The notes beneath the pieces were generated by a model. The model worked only from the letters and a program-made list of their open reading frames with translations, searched no databases and was not told where the DNA came from. A stretch of DNA of 63,419 nucleotides from an uncultured Candidatus Actinomarinales bacterium (GTDB lineage Bacteria > Actinomycetota > Acidimicrobiia > Actinomarinales > Actinomarinaceae), in NCBI GenBank assembly GCA_963979435.1, contig CAXBVE010000001.1, forward strand, positions 1 through 63,419. Reading direction: 5' to 3'. The translations under genes were made by a program, and so were the position numbers. This document shows, in pieces, positions 46,406-57,221 of the stretch (position 1 is the stretch's first letter; every line of letters starts with the position of its first letter).

Positions 46406-47181
46406 ATTGAAATTGCCGCAGCAGTTGATGCATTTATGGAATCTACGTCGTTCAATGAATCTATTTTAAGTTTGGTACATTCAGTCTCATGCCATTTTTT
46501 GGAAATACCATATTGCTCAGAGCCAATAACCAATGCGAAATTATTTTCGGGTTGGAAATTATTAATAAGTTTTTCTGAATCTGGATCCATTAAAATAATT
46601 TGATAATTATGTTTTTTAAGAAGTTTGATTATATTTTCTGTACTATCGCTCAGTAAATTTAGTGTGAACATGTGACCAATTGAGGCTCTGACAACATTTG
46701 GATTATAAAAATCAGTAATTTCATCACTACAAAATATATTCTCTATGCCTAAAGACTTGGCAGTTCTTATCATAGTTCCTAAGTTTCCAGGCTTCTCAAT
46801 TTGATCTGCAATCAAAATTGGTCCTTCGACTGTATCTTCGCTAACCATTAAATTTTTCTGAATAAATAAAGAAATTATGCCATCAGGTCTGTCTCTATAG
46901 GAAACTGCTTCGAAGACCCTTTTAGTAAGAGTAACAATGCGAACATTCTTTTTATTAAACAGACTTATCAAGTCATAGTTGTTTTCTCCAATAAACAATT
47001 CTTCACATATGTAAAGGGTATCTATTTCGTAGTCAGATGAGATTAGTGACCTATTCTCTCTATAACCTTCTGCTAAAGATTTATTCTCTGATTTTCTATT
47101 TTTATTTTTGGTAAGCGAAATTAAAAATTTCAATTCCGGATTAGTCAAAGAACTGATGGATTTATTTGGTGAAATATTCAT
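46387..47181 (-). CDS. TrmH/SpoU family RNA 2'-O-methyltransferase
   Basis: PGNLGTMIRTAKSLG, IGSEQYGIS and the C-terminal SLN...A.AI knot motif. Confidence 0.8.
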   Translation of the reverse strand: MNISPNKSISSLTNPELKFLISLTKNKNRKSENKSLAEGYRENRSLISSDYEIDTLYICEELFIGENNYDLISLFNKKNVRIVTLTKRVFEAVSYRDRPDGIISLFIQKNLMVSEDTVEGPILIADQIEKPGNLGTMIRTAKSLGIENIFCSDEITDFYNPNVVRASIGHMFTLNLLSDSTENIIKLLKKHNYQIILMDPDSEKLINNFQPENNFALVIGSEQYGISKKWHETECTKLKIDSLNDVDSINASTAAAISMWELLK

Positions 47182-47764
47182 TATGTATTAATTTTTTCCT
47201 TGCTATATTCTTTTTTTTAACATTGGCTGATTTTTCTACTCCAGCAGTTACAAAACCTAATATTAAGTAATCATCTGGTATAGAGAGGTGATTTTTAATA
47301 TTATCTATATCCATATTATGGGAACCCAAGAACCCACTCTTAAGTCCGATTTCTTCAATAAGTAACATACAATTCATCATTGACGCTCCAGCATCAACAA
47401 ACCAGTAAGGTATTGACCAGTCTTCTGAATTTGTTGCACGCTTTTTGTCTAACTGTCTGTATCTATCGTGATAAGCTTCAGTATTTATAATTATTAAAAA
47501 TAAAGAAAGTGATTTTGATATCCATTTTTCGAATCCTTTAGCAACATAGGAATCTTCATTTGAATATTTTGCAATAGTTATAATATTTTCCTTCTCTGAA
47601 ATATGAACTATCTCTATTCCTCTGGAAAAACCTGCAGTCGGTATTTTAATTGCATGTTCAGCAACTTCTGAGAGTTGAGGAAATTCTAATTTGCTTTCTT
47701 TATAGTTTCTAACAATTTTACGATTTCTTAATAAGGATTGAAGAGTAGTTTCTTCACTGACCAT
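47162..47764 (-). CDS. Nitroreductase family protein
   Basis: N-terminal RKIVRNY......L..V...A...PTAGFSRG pattern. About 200 aa. Confidence 0.6.
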   Translation of the reverse strand: MVSEETTLQSLLRNRKIVRNYKESKLEFPQLSEVAEHAIKIPTAGFSRGIEIVHISEKENIITIAKYSNEDSYVAKGFEKWISKSLSLFLIIINTEAYHDRYRQLDKKRATNSEDWSIPYWFVDAGASMMNCMLLIEEIGLKSGFLGSHNMDIDNIKNHLSIPDDYLILGFVTAGVEKSANVKKKNIARKKLIHNEYFTK

Positions 47765-47766
47765 GG

Positions 47767-48825
47767 CTATTTGTTTTTTATTGATTCCAATACAGCATCT
47801 CCAACTTCAGAAGTTGTAAGACCCATTTTTCCAGCTGAAAGAGAGTCTAAGTTTTGTGCTGTAGCAATTATTGCATCTTCGATAGCTTGACCATAATCAG
47901 ATTCACCTAATTGAGTGACCATCATTGAAGCAGCCGCAATGCAAGCAAGGGGATTGATAATATTTTTACCTGTATATTTAGGTGCAGAGCCACCAATAGG
48001 TTCAAACATAGATACGCCCTCTGGATTAATATTACCTCCAGCAGCTATTCCCATTCCACCCTGGATCATTGCCCCTAAATCAGTTATGATGTCTCCAAAC
48101 ATATTGTCGGTAACTATAACATCAAACCATTCCGGATTTTTCACCATCCACATACAAACTGCATCAACATGTCCATAATCTGTTTCTATCTCAGGGTAAT
48201 CTTTCGCAATATCGTAAAATATCCGCTCCCACAAATCATGTGCATATGTCAAAACATTGGTTTTTGCACATAGAGTAATTTTCTTTCTATTGTTATTTTT
48301 GGCATACTCAAATGCATACAAAATACATCGGTGAATAGCTTTGTATGTGTTTATTGACTCCTGAGTAGCAACTTCACTCTCTGTACCATAATGGATATAT
48401 CCTCCAGCTCCAGCATAGAGGCCTTCAGTGTTCTCACGGACTACAGTAAAGTTTATATCTTCAGGTTTTTTATTCGCTAGGGGAGTCTCGACTCCCGGAT
48501 ATAAGACAACTGGACGCAAATTTATGTACTGATCAAATTCTTTTCTTAGCTTTAATAAGATTCCTTGTTCTAATATTCCGGGCTTTACATCAGGGTGTCC
48601 TATAGCTCCAAGAAGAATAGAATCACTGCTCCCAAGTTCTTCGATATCTTTATCAGTGACAAGTTCCTGTGTCTTTAAATATCTTTCACCACCAAGATCA
48701 TTTACTGTAAAGTTAAAACTGATACCATAATCTGCTTGAGTTTTTTGTAGAACTTTTACAGCTTCATTGACTACTTCTGGACCTGTCCCGTCACCTGCTA
48801 AAAGAGATATATTATATTCTTTCAT
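47767..48825 (-). CDS. leuB: 3-isopropylmalate dehydrogenase
   Basis: GDGTGPEV, NLRP, VRENTEGLY, DNMFGDIITD, GSAP. Confidence 0.95.
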   Translation of the reverse strand: MKEYNISLLAGDGTGPEVVNEAVKVLQKTQADYGISFNFTVNDLGGERYLKTQELVTDKDIEELGSSDSILLGAIGHPDVKPGILEQGILLKLRKEFDQYINLRPVVLYPGVETPLANKKPEDINFTVVRENTEGLYAGAGGYIHYGTESEVATQESINTYKAIHRCILYAFEYAKNNNRKKITLCAKTNVLTYAHDLWERIFYDIAKDYPEIETDYGHVDAVCMWMVKNPEWFDVIVTDNMFGDIITDLGAMIQGGMGIAAGGNINPEGVSMFEPIGGSAPKYTGKNIINPLACIAAASMMVTQLGESDYGQAIEDAIIATAQNLDSLSAGKMGLTTSEVGDAVLESIKNK

Positions 48826-50315
48826 TATCTATTCAGAGCATTTAAAAAGGATTCAACTGAACCCTGTACAACATCAGTTGACACTGCTCTTCCTTGTTTC
48901 AAATTGTGACCATCATTTATTATTGTTACGATTTCGGCTGTAGCATCAGCTCCTTTGGTTATGCTTTCAACTCTATAATCAATAAGAGTCGCATCTGTTT
49001 CTAATATTTTTTTAACCGCTGTAAATGCTGCATGTATCATTCCATCTCCTTCAGCTTCCTCAGTCAATTCTTTGCCGTGGACATCTAGAGTAACTCTAGC
49101 AGATGCATATTGATCTTTACTATTTACGGAAACTGATACTAATTTTATCTCTGAAGAAGATGTTTCAACTTGTCCCACAATTGCACGAAGTTCATTTTCA
49201 ACAATTTCACCTTTTCTATCAGCTAGCTTCTTGAAAGTATCAAAACTTGAATTAAATGCTTCCTCATCTAATTCTATATTCAATTTGTCTAATGCATCTT
49301 TAAATCCAGCACGTCCAGAATGCTTACCAAGAATAATTTTTGCCTCTTGACCAACAGAATCTGGAGTCATAATTTCATATGTCATACTATTTCTTAAATA
49401 TCCATGTTGATGAATTCCAGATTCATGACTAAATGCATTCTTCCCAACTACTGCTTTATTATATTGAACTGGATACCCCGTTAATTTTGATACCAGTCTT
49501 GAAGTTTCTAAGATTTCAGTTGTTTCGGCATTAATATCAACTCCATATTGATCTTGTCTAGTTTTCACTGCCATTATTATTTCCTCAGTAGAAGTATTAC
49601 CAGCTCTTTCACCAATACCATTAATAGCACCTTCAATCTGTCTTGCTCCAGCTTTAATCGCTGTTAAAGAGTTTGCAACAGCAAGGCCTAAATCATTGTG
49701 ACAATGGGTAGAAATAATAATATCTTCATTTTTACCTTTAACTTTATCGTAAACACCCTTGAGGAGCTCTAAGTAATCAGAAGGTGTGGCGTAGCCTACT
49801 GTGTCGGGAACATTAATTGTAGTCGCACCTTCTTCAACTGCTACTTTAAGTATTTCTATAAGAAAATCTTTATCAGTTCGTGTTGCATCTTGCGCTGAGA
49901 ATTCAATATCATCACATAAATTTTTTGCATAACGTACTGACTCTTTTGCATCATGGAGGACTTCTTCTTTAGTTTTTCTTAGCATGTGTTCCATGTGTAT
50001 GTCAGAGGTGGAAGTAAAGACGTGAATTCTTGATTTGTTAGCAACCTTGATAGCTTCCCATGCTTTTTCGATATCATCAGGAACACACCTAGCTAGAGAG
50101 GCTATTGTTGAATTTTGAATATTTTTAGCGATTAAGTTCACACCATCCCAATCGCCAGGGGATGATGCTGCAAATCCAGCTTCAATGACGTCAACTTTCA
50201 ATTTTTCTAATTGTTGAGCAATTAATAATTTTTCAGAGGGAGTAAGAGCTATCCCTGGACTCTGTTCACCATCTCTAAGAGTGGTGTCAAAAATAATTAG
50301 TTGATCTTCACTCAT
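48825..50315 (-). CDS. leuA: 2-isopropylmalate synthase
   Basis: [35 protein letters not shown] and a C-terminal LeuA dimerisation/regulatory domain. Confidence 0.95.
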   Translation of the reverse strand: MSEDQLIIFDTTLRDGEQSPGIALTPSEKLLIAQQLEKLKVDVIEAGFAASSPGDWDGVNLIAKNIQNSTIASLARCVPDDIEKAWEAIKVANKSRIHVFTSTSDIHMEHMLRKTKEEVLHDAKESVRYAKNLCDDIEFSAQDATRTDKDFLIEILKVAVEEGATTINVPDTVGYATPSDYLELLKGVYDKVKGKNEDIIISTHCHNDLGLAVANSLTAIKAGARQIEGAINGIGERAGNTSTEEIIMAVKTRQDQYGVDINAETTEILETSRLVSKLTGYPVQYNKAVVGKNAFSHESGIHQHGYLRNSMTYEIMTPDSVGQEAKIILGKHSGRAGFKDALDKLNIELDEEAFNSSFDTFKKLADRKGEIVENELRAIVGQVETSSSEIKLVSVSVNSKDQYASARVTLDVHGKELTEEAEGDGMIHAAFTAVKKILETDATLIDYRVESITKGADATAEIVTIINDGHNLKQGRAVSTDVVQGSVESFLNALNR

Positions 50316-51328
50316 TTGTCTTTTTTAACATCCTTTGCGCTCAAGAATGGCATCATAGATCTGAGTTCTTTACCAACGGATTCAATTTGATGTTGCGAAG
50401 CCTCTTCTCTTTTTTGATTTAAAAATGGAGAACCTTCTCTTGATTGAGCCATAAATTCCTTTGCAAATGAACCAGATTGAATTTCTTCAAGAACTTTTTT
50501 CATTTCTTTCTTTGTATCTTGATTTACAATACGTGGTCCCCTTGAAAAATCACCATATTCTGCAGTGTCCGAAATTGAATGTCTCATCCACTCAAAACCG
50601 CCTTCGTACATAAGGTCAACAATTAATTTAACTTCATGTAAAGTTTCAAAATATGCGCTTTCAGGCTGATATCCAGCTTCAACTAATGTTTCAAATCCAT
50701 TTTTGATTAATTCAGTAAGGCCACCACAAAGTACAACTTGTTCTCCAAATAAATCAGTCTCAGTCTCTTCTTTAAAAGTTGTATCTAGAATTCCAGCTCT
50801 TCCGCCACCAATTGCCGATGCATATGAGAGTGCAAGCTCATGTGTGTTTCCGTTAGTATCATTCTCTACTGCTACTAAGCAGGGCATGCCTGAACCTTCT
50901 TCATAAGTTCTTCTTAATAAGTGACCAGGTCCTTTTGGAGCTACCATAGCAACTGAAATATCTTCTCTTGGTTTTATTTCATTAAAGTGAATATTAAAAC
51001 CATGCGCAAAAAATAAAGTTGAATTTTCTTTCATGACTGGAGCTATTATTTCGTTGTAAACATCAGCCATTAATTGATCAGGAAGTAGCAACATTACTAC
51101 TTCTGAATTTGAGACAGCATCTTCAACATTGGATACATTTAGACCCATTTCTTTTGCTCTTGTAAAAGTTTCAGAAGTTTCTCTTAACCCAACAGTTACG
51201 TCTACTCCTGATTCGTGAAGATTTAATGCATGAGCGTGTCCTTGGCTTCCAAAACCAATTACTGCAACTTTCTTTTCTTTTATTAAGTCCTGATTAATTT
51301 GATCATCATAAATGATTTTTGTATCCAT
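50312..51328 (-). CDS. ilvC: Ketol-acid reductoisomerase
   Basis: [36 protein letters not shown]. Confidence 0.95.
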   Translation of the reverse strand: MDTKIIYDDQINQDLIKEKKVAVIGFGSQGHAHALNLHESGVDVTVGLRETSETFTRAKEMGLNVSNVEDAVSNSEVVMLLLPDQLMADVYNEIIAPVMKENSTLFFAHGFNIHFNEIKPREDISVAMVAPKGPGHLLRRTYEEGSGMPCLVAVENDTNGNTHELALSYASAIGGGRAGILDTTFKEETETDLFGEQVVLCGGLTELIKNGFETLVEAGYQPESAYFETLHEVKLIVDLMYEGGFEWMRHSISDTAEYGDFSRGPRIVNQDTKKEMKKVLEEIQSGSFAKEFMAQSREGSPFLNQKREEASQHQIESVGKELRSMMPFLSAKDVKKDK

Positions 51329-51342
51329 ATAATTTCTCCTTT

Positions 51343-51816
51343 TTATAAATTAGATTGAATAGCTATTCTTCCGCCACGAATCATTTCAATAATTCCAAAC
51401 GGTTTCATTAGGTTTTCAAACTTTTTCAATTCTTTAGAAGTACCAGTTAGCTCAAAAACTGCATAATCCTGTCCTACATCAACAGATTTTGCGCCTGATA
51501 AATTTGCTTTTTCTATAACCGATGTTTGAGAATCTTTGTTGATTGAGACTTTCATTAACAGTACTTCGGATTCAATCGTGTTGTCAGGATCTAGTTCTAC
51601 GATTTTTATGACATTTATTAATTTGTTTAACTGTTTTTTTACTTGCTCTACCGATTCAAGCTCTGTAACAATTGTCATCTTTGATCTTCCATCAATATTT
51701 GTTGGACCTACGGAAAGTGAATTAATATTAAAGCCTCTCCTTGAAATTGTTGAAGAAATTCTTGCTAATACACCCGGTTTGTCTTCAACAAGCACGCTCA
51801 AAATTCTTTCACTCAT
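51343..51816 (-). CDS. ilvN: Acetolactate synthase small (regulatory) subunit
   Basis: ACT domain [33 protein letters not shown]. Confidence 0.9.
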   Translation of the reverse strand: MSERILSVLVEDKPGVLARISSTISRRGFNINSLSVGPTNIDGRSKMTIVTELESVEQVKKQLNKLINVIKIVELDPDNTIESEVLLMKVSINKDSQTSVIEKANLSGAKSVDVGQDYAVFELTGTSKELKKFENLMKPFGIIEMIRGGRIAIQSNL

Positions 51817-53525
51817 ATTTTTTTCAAATCCTCTTCATTTAGGATGATTACATCATTACTACCCCCAGCAGGAACCATAGGAAAAACCATATCATCTGGA
51901 TCAACAACACAGTCAACAAGTACCGGCTTATCATTAATTTCAAGCATTTTTTCAAATACATCTTTTACTTCGGACTTTTGTTCCATTCTTAGTCCGACAG
52001 CTCCCATAGCTTCAGCAAGTTTTACATAGTCAGGGGTGTGATGGGTAAGTTCAGAAGCTGAAAAACGATTTTTATAAAATATTTTTTGCCACTGTCTCAC
52101 CATTCCATGATTTCCATTATTGAAAACAACTATTTTCAGAGGGATGTTTTCCGTAGAAGCTGTTATTAGTTCCTGACAAGTCATCTGAAAACAACCGTCT
52201 CCATCTAAAGAAAGAACCTGTCTATCAGGATATGCTGCTTTTGCTCCTATAGCTGCTGGCAGGGAGTATCCCATGGTTCCTAATCCTCCAGAATTTAACC
52301 AAGTGTTTGGTTTTGTAAATTTCCAATGTAAAGATATCCACATTTGATGCTGACCAACCCCAGAAACTACAATTGAGTCATCTTCTGACATTTTTTGAAG
52401 TTCTTCAAGTACGTAAGGAACTTTTAATGGACCATCTTCATCTTGTGTGAAGGTGAGGGGATAGCTTTCTCTCATTTCATTAATTTCTTGAATCCAGTTG
52501 GAAGTTTCTAGTTTGGTATCTGCAAGCTTATCAATAAGACCTTTTATAACACTTTTTGCATCTCCAACTATAGGTACTTCTGCATCTCTTACTTTTCCAA
52601 TTTCAGCTGGATCTATATCAGCATGAATAACTTTTGCATTTTGAGCAAAAAACTTTGGATTTGCTGTTACTCGATCGTCAAACCTTACACCTATTGCAAT
52701 TAATAAATCTGAGTTCTGAATCGAAGTTGTAGCGGTATAGTTCCCATGCATACCTGGCATTCCTAAACATAGTTCATGACCATCAGGAAACGCACCTCTA
52801 CCCATAAGAGTCGTAACCACTGGTATGTTAAACTTTTCAGCTAGATCAAATAACTCAATATTTGCCTTTGAGTGAATAATTCCTCCACCGACATATAAAA
52901 GAGGTTTCTTAGAGTCTTTGATTAAATTAACTGCTTGTTGAATCATTTTTGGATTTGCGTCAAGAGTAGGTTTATATCCTGGTAAATCAATTAACTTTGG
53001 CTCAATCCATTTTGCTTTTTGATTAAGAATATCTTTTGGTATATCTACTAGTACTGGTCCTGGTCTTCCAGTAGTAGCAATATGTTTTGCCTCAAGTAGT
53101 ACTTGAGGAATCTCACTAGCGTCAGTTATCAGATAATTATGCTTTGTTGCTGCCATTGTGAGACCAACTGTGTATGCCTCTTGGAAAGCATCATTACCAA
53201 TAGCTTCAGTAGCAACTTGACCTGTTATAGCTAGAAGAGGGGTTGAATCCATTAAAGCATTGTTTAATGAAGTGATTAAGTTAGTAGCGCCGGGTCCAGA
53301 AGTAGCAATCACTACACCTAACTCACCAGTTGCCTGAGCGTAACCTTCAGCCATGTGACCCGATCCTTGTTCGTGTCTAGCTAAAATATGTCTTATAGGG
53401 CTGTCGTAAAGTGGATCATACGCTGGAAGGATTGCACCACCGGGTACCCCAAAAATGGTAGAAACTTTTAAATGTTCCAAACCTCTAATAACAAGCTCAG
53501 CGCCTGACAATAATTTATCTTCCAT
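51813..53525 (-). CDS. ilvB: Acetolactate synthase large subunit
   Basis: ThDP enzyme motifs (GVPGGAILP, HEQG.GHMAEGYA, GLGTMGY, DGDG.FQM, NNG..GMV.QWQ). The start is placed at the ATG at 53525 (MEDKLLSGAE). The 16 extra tracked codons read through an intrinsic terminator. Confidence 0.95.
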   Translation of the reverse strand: MEDKLLSGAELVIRGLEHLKVSTIFGVPGGAILPAYDPLYDSPIRHILARHEQGSGHMAEGYAQATGELGVVIATSGPGATNLITSLNNALMDSTPLLAITGQVATEAIGNDAFQEAYTVGLTMAATKHNYLITDASEIPQVLLEAKHIATTGRPGPVLVDIPKDILNQKAKWIEPKLIDLPGYKPTLDANPKMIQQAVNLIKDSKKPLLYVGGGIIHSKANIELFDLAEKFNIPVVTTLMGRGAFPDGHELCLGMPGMHGNYTATTSIQNSDLLIAIGVRFDDRVTANPKFFAQNAKVIHADIDPAEIGKVRDAEVPIVGDAKSVIKGLIDKLADTKLETSNWIQEINEMRESYPLTFTQDEDGPLKVPYVLEELQKMSEDDSIVVSGVGQHQMWISLHWKFTKPNTWLNSGGLGTMGYSLPAAIGAKAAYPDRQVLSLDGDGCFQMTCQELITASTENIPLKIVVFNNGNHGMVRQWQKIFYKNRFSASELTHHTPDYVKLAEAMGAVGLRMEQKSEVKDVFEKMLEINDKPVLVDCVVDPDDMVFPMVPAGGSNDVIILNEEDLKKI

Positions 53526-53534
53526 AACATCCTT

Positions 53535-53563
53535 AAAAAAAAACCTCCCTTTTTTTTGGGAGG
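53535..53563 (-). terminator. Intrinsic terminator of the ilvB leader (attenuator)
   Basis: Minus strand reads CCTCCC-AAAAAAAA-GGGAGG followed by T9, ending 9 nt before the ilvB ATG. Confidence 0.8.
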
Positions 53564-53586
53564 CGCTCATCACAAAAAAGTGAGCG

Positions 53587-53637
53587 CTACATAAGCACTA
53601 ACACTAATAATGTAATTAAGACATATAGTTTTTTCAT
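53587..53637 (-). CDS. ilvB leader peptide, 16 aa, MKKLYVLITLLVLVLM
   Basis: ATG AAA AAA CTA TAT GTC TTA ATT ACA TTA TTA GTG TTA GTG CTT ATG TAG. 10 of 16 codons are Leu/Val/Ile. The stop codon sits inside the first arm of the hairpin GCGCTCA...TGAGCGC that abuts the terminator. Confidence 0.7.
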   Translation of the reverse strand: MKKLYVLITLLVLVLM

Positions 53638-53655
53638 TAAATCTAACTATAGTTA

Positions 53656-54753
53656 ATGCTGATAAAAATGAAAGAAAAAAACCTATTTAATTATCTCGAA
53701 AGTCATAATATAGACGTTCCAGAAAATATAAATCTAGCTGTAATTTCGCTACCTTCATTAATAGATAAATCAGTATTAATCCAAGAAGCAAAATCTAATA
53801 ATAGACATGCAAACATGAAATTTACATTCTCAAATCCCCAGTATTCTGGACTTGGTGATAAATTTGAATGGGCAAAGTCTTGTGTAGTAATTTCATATAA
53901 CTACTTTCCAGAATCGTCAAACAGCCATTCTTTTAGGGCTGGTGATGGGGCTATAGCTTTATTTGCTTCAGAAGATCATTACAAACCACTAAATAAGTTT
54001 ATAAATGAACTTACAAATCTATTTAACAATGAAGGGATTCAATCACAACAATTCATTGACAGTCCACAACACTACGACAGAATATTTTTTAACTCATCAG
54101 GACTGGGATGGCAGGGAAAAAGTACAATGATGTTATCACCGGGAATAGGTCCGTGGCAGTTAATTGGCAATCTTTACACTGAGGAACGATTTAAAGATAC
54201 TGAAAAAAAATCATTCTCATGTGGAACCTGTAATATGTGTCAAATCTCATGTCCAACGGGAGCATTAGATGAGGAATATAGACTTGACTCTAATAAGTGT
54301 CTTTCATATTGGTTACAATCTCCAGATATCATTCCAGAAGATATGAGAATAAATATAGGTAATAGATTCTATGGCTGCGATGAATGCCTAACTTCATGCC
54401 CACCAGGTCAGACCAAGGATCTTAATATCTCAAAAACGAATACTGTCGATTTAAAAAAAATCCTAACCATGTCAAATGAAGATTTGGTTGATAAATATTC
54501 ATGGTTTTATATCCCAAAAAGAAATGGCGACTTTCTTAAAAGAAATGCATTAATAGCACTTGCAAATAATCCAGATGAAGATGCACTTAAAGCAATTTAT
54601 ACTCTCTTAAAATCTGATTCTGAAATTATTCGCTTTTATGCAATATGGGCTATCTGGAAAATATCTCAATTTAAAGATATTGAAAATTATTATGATGTTG
54701 ATCTTGAAACGAGCGACCTTGTAAAGAACGAATATCTAAGGCTAATAAAATGA
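53656..54753 (+). CDS. queG: Epoxyqueuosine reductase
   Basis: CGTCNMCQISCPTGAL and CDECLTSCP 4Fe-4S motifs, plus a C-terminal HEAT-like region. The start could be the ATG at 53668. Confidence 0.85.
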   Translation: MLIKMKEKNLFNYLESHNIDVPENINLAVISLPSLIDKSVLIQEAKSNNRHANMKFTFSNPQYSGLGDKFEWAKSCVVISYNYFPESSNSHSFRAGDGAIALFASEDHYKPLNKFINELTNLFNNEGIQSQQFIDSPQHYDRIFFNSSGLGWQGKSTMMLSPGIGPWQLIGNLYTEERFKDTEKKSFSCGTCNMCQISCPTGALDEEYRLDSNKCLSYWLQSPDIIPEDMRINIGNRFYGCDECLTSCPPGQTKDLNISKTNTVDLKKILTMSNEDLVDKYSWFYIPKRNGDFLKRNALIALANNPDEDALKAIYTLLKSDSEIIRFYAIWAIWKISQFKDIENYYDVDLETSDLVKNEYLRLIK

Positions 54754-54784
54754 TTTTATACAACAGTTAAACTATTCTTAATTT

Positions 54785-56446
54785 ATGACAAAATTTTCAG
54801 ATGATGTAACACAAGGTCCAGGTCGATCTGCTGCAAGAGCCATGCTTAGAGCAGTGGGTTTAAGCGATGATGATTTTAATAAATTTCAAGTCGGGATAGT
54901 ATCTGCTGGTAACGAGGTAACGCCATGCAATGTAACAGGTCCAGAGCTTTCTTTAAAAGCAAAAATTGGAGTCAATGGGCCAGATTCTGCAGGTTTAATC
55001 TTTTCTACAATCGCAGTTTCTGACGGTATCTCAATGGGACATGAAGGCATGAGGGCCTCACTCGTTTCTCGTGAGGTCATTACTGATTCTGTGGAATTAG
55101 TAATGCATGCTGAAAGATTTGATGGCATGGTTACCATTGCAGGCTGTGATAAATCTCTTCCAGGGATGCTTATGGCTGCAGCAAGAATAAACAGACCAGC
55201 TATATTCTTATATGGCGGGAGTAGCCTACCCGGTTCTTATAAAGGTAAAGATATCTCAATAGTTGATGTATTTGAGGGTATAGGAGCTATGGAAAAGGGT
55301 CTAATTTCTGAGGATGAACTATATGAGATAGAGTGTGCTGCTTGTCCAGGGCAAGGCTCCTGCGCAGGAATGTTTACTGCCAACACAATGGCCTCAGTTG
55401 GAGAAGCTATTGGAATGAGCTTACCAGGTACAGCCTCACTTCCAGCAGAAGACTCACGTTTACGGATTGAGGCTGAAAAAACTGGTAAACAATTAAATTA
55501 TCTTCTAAAAAATGATATTAAACCTAGAGATATTATGACCATTGAAGCATTTAAAAATGCTGTAACAACTGTACTTGCTCTCGGGGGGAGCACCAATGCC
55601 GTATTACACTTAATGGCTATAGCCCATGAAGCAAAAGTAGATTTAACTTTAGACACCTTTGACCAACTTGGAAAAAGTGTTCCCCACATAGCTGACATGA
55701 AACCTTTTGGTAAATATCACATGGTCGATTTAGACAACATTGGTGGAGTTCCTGTCGTCTCAAAAATACTTTTAGAAAATAATTTAATTGACGGCAATTG
55801 CTTAACAGTAACTGGAAAAACTGTTGGTGAAAATCTTGAGAATGTTGAAATCCCTACAAACCAAGATGTCGTTTCATTTCCAAATAATCCAATTTCAGAA
55901 GAGGGAGGGATTGCAATACTAAATGGCTCCTTGTCTCCTAATGGATCTGTTGTAAAAGTAGCAGGTATAGAAATTGATACATTTAAAGGTCCAGCCAATG
56001 TTTTTGAAAGCGAACAAGAAGCATTAGAAGCTTTATTTAACAATCAGATTAAAAAAGGTGATGTTGTTGTTATACGAAATGAGGGCCCTAAAGGTGGTCC
56101 GGGGATGAGAGAAATGTTACAGATTACCGCTGCAATAAAAGGTGCAGGTCTTGGGAAAGATGTGCTACTTATTACGGATGGTAGATTTTCAGGTGGAACC
56201 ACAGGTTTGTGCATTGGCCATGTTGCTCCAGAAAGTGTTGAGGAAGGGCCAATAGCTTTATGTCAAAATGGAGATCAGATAGAACTCAATCTTTCTAAAA
56301 GAGAATTAAATCTCAATGTAAACGAAGAGGAAAAAGTATCTAGAGCTAAAAATTATAAACTCCCAGAACCAAGGTATACATCTGGAGTACTTCACAAGTA
56401 TTCAAAGCTTGTAAAAGGAGCTGATGAAGGGGCAGTGACAGGATAG
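54785..56446 (+). CDS. ilvD: Dihydroxy-acid dehydratase
   Basis: [28 protein letters not shown]...GHV.PE. Confidence 0.95.
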   Translation: MTKFSDDVTQGPGRSAARAMLRAVGLSDDDFNKFQVGIVSAGNEVTPCNVTGPELSLKAKIGVNGPDSAGLIFSTIAVSDGISMGHEGMRASLVSREVITDSVELVMHAERFDGMVTIAGCDKSLPGMLMAAARINRPAIFLYGGSSLPGSYKGKDISIVDVFEGIGAMEKGLISEDELYEIECAACPGQGSCAGMFTANTMASVGEAIGMSLPGTASLPAEDSRLRIEAEKTGKQLNYLLKNDIKPRDIMTIEAFKNAVTTVLALGGSTNAVLHLMAIAHEAKVDLTLDTFDQLGKSVPHIADMKPFGKYHMVDLDNIGGVPVVSKILLENNLIDGNCLTVTGKTVGENLENVEIPTNQDVVSFPNNPISEEGGIAILNGSLSPNGSVVKVAGIEIDTFKGPANVFESEQEALEALFNNQIKKGDVVVIRNEGPKGGPGMREMLQITAAIKGAGLGKDVLLITDGRFSGGTTGLCIGHVAPESVEEGPIALCQNGDQIELNLSKRELNLNVNEEEKVSRAKNYKLPEPRYTSGVLHKYSKLVKGADEGAVTG

Positions 56447-56450
56447 TTGA

Positions 56451-57221
56451 ATGTTTTTTATTTCTGACGTTCATCACGGACTAGCCTCAATAAAGAATAT
56501 TCCAGACACTAAAGAACCAGTTGTTATTCTTGGTGATTTAATTAATTGGATTGACTACAGAACTGGTCAAGGAATTGCAGAAGATGTATTTGGAAAAGAA
56601 ATTGTTATAAAATTAGTTCAATTAAGAAAAGATCATAACTTTAAAGATAGACGAAAACTCTGGTCTTCTATGTTTGAGGAAAACCCAGATTTGATACAGG
56701 AAAAATTAGAACTAGCAATCTATAGGCAATATAAAGAAGTTTTTAATGCTCTTAAGAAGTTTGAAGTTTGGATAATTCCCGGAAATGTAGACTCCGTAGA
56801 TATAATCAAAGAGACAATGTCAAGTAATGTTAATTATGTGGACGGCAAAGTTCTTGAATATAAAAATCTAAAAATAGGTTTTGCAGGAGGTGGTGTTCCG
56901 ACACCGATTAATGCACGAGGTGAAATTTCTGAGGAATCTTTTTCACTAAAACTAAATAAATTAGGCCATGTAGACATAATATGCACGCATGCCCCACCAT
57001 TTGTGAGCGAGCTTATAACAGATGTTATAACAAACAAGGAGGAGCAAGGATGGAGCAGCTTAAAAGATTACATTTTAGAGAAAGAACCTAGATTTTCTAT
57101 TTTTGGAGACGTTCACCAACCTCAAGCATCTAGGTGGAGACTAGGTCGTACGGAGTGCATGAATGTTGGTTATTTTAGAGCCAATAGTAATTATTTAGAA
57201 TTAACATCTTTGTTACAGTGA
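56451..57221 (+). CDS. Calcineurin-like metallophosphoesterase
   Basis: ISDVHHG, GDLINW, GNVD, CTHAPP, GDVH. Confidence 0.7.
   Translation: MFFISDVHHGLASIKNIPDTKEPVVILGDLINWIDYRTGQGIAEDVFGKEIVIKLVQLRKDHNFKDRRKLWSSMFEENPDLIQEKLELAIYRQYKEVFNALKKFEVWIIPGNVDSVDIIKETMSSNVNYVDGKVLEYKNLKIGFAGGGVPTPINARGEISEESFSLKLNKLGHVDIICTHAPPFVSELITDVITNKEEQGWSSLKDYILEKEPRFSIFGDVHQPQASRWRLGRTECMNVGYFRANSNYLELTSLLQ

Noticed and set aside
53526-53573. 16-codon N-terminal extension of ilvB (MMSASQKKGRFFFKDV)
   Set aside because: The extension is the CCTCCC-A8-GGGAGG-T9 terminator hairpin translated. Homology to acetolactate synthases begins at MEDKLLSGAE (ATG at 53525).
54886-56043. Three minus-strand ORFs (83, 66 and 108 aa) inside ilvD
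   Set aside because: All are antisense to a highly conserved enzyme gene. Their Ser/Thr/Pro-rich composition is typical of reverse-frame artefacts.
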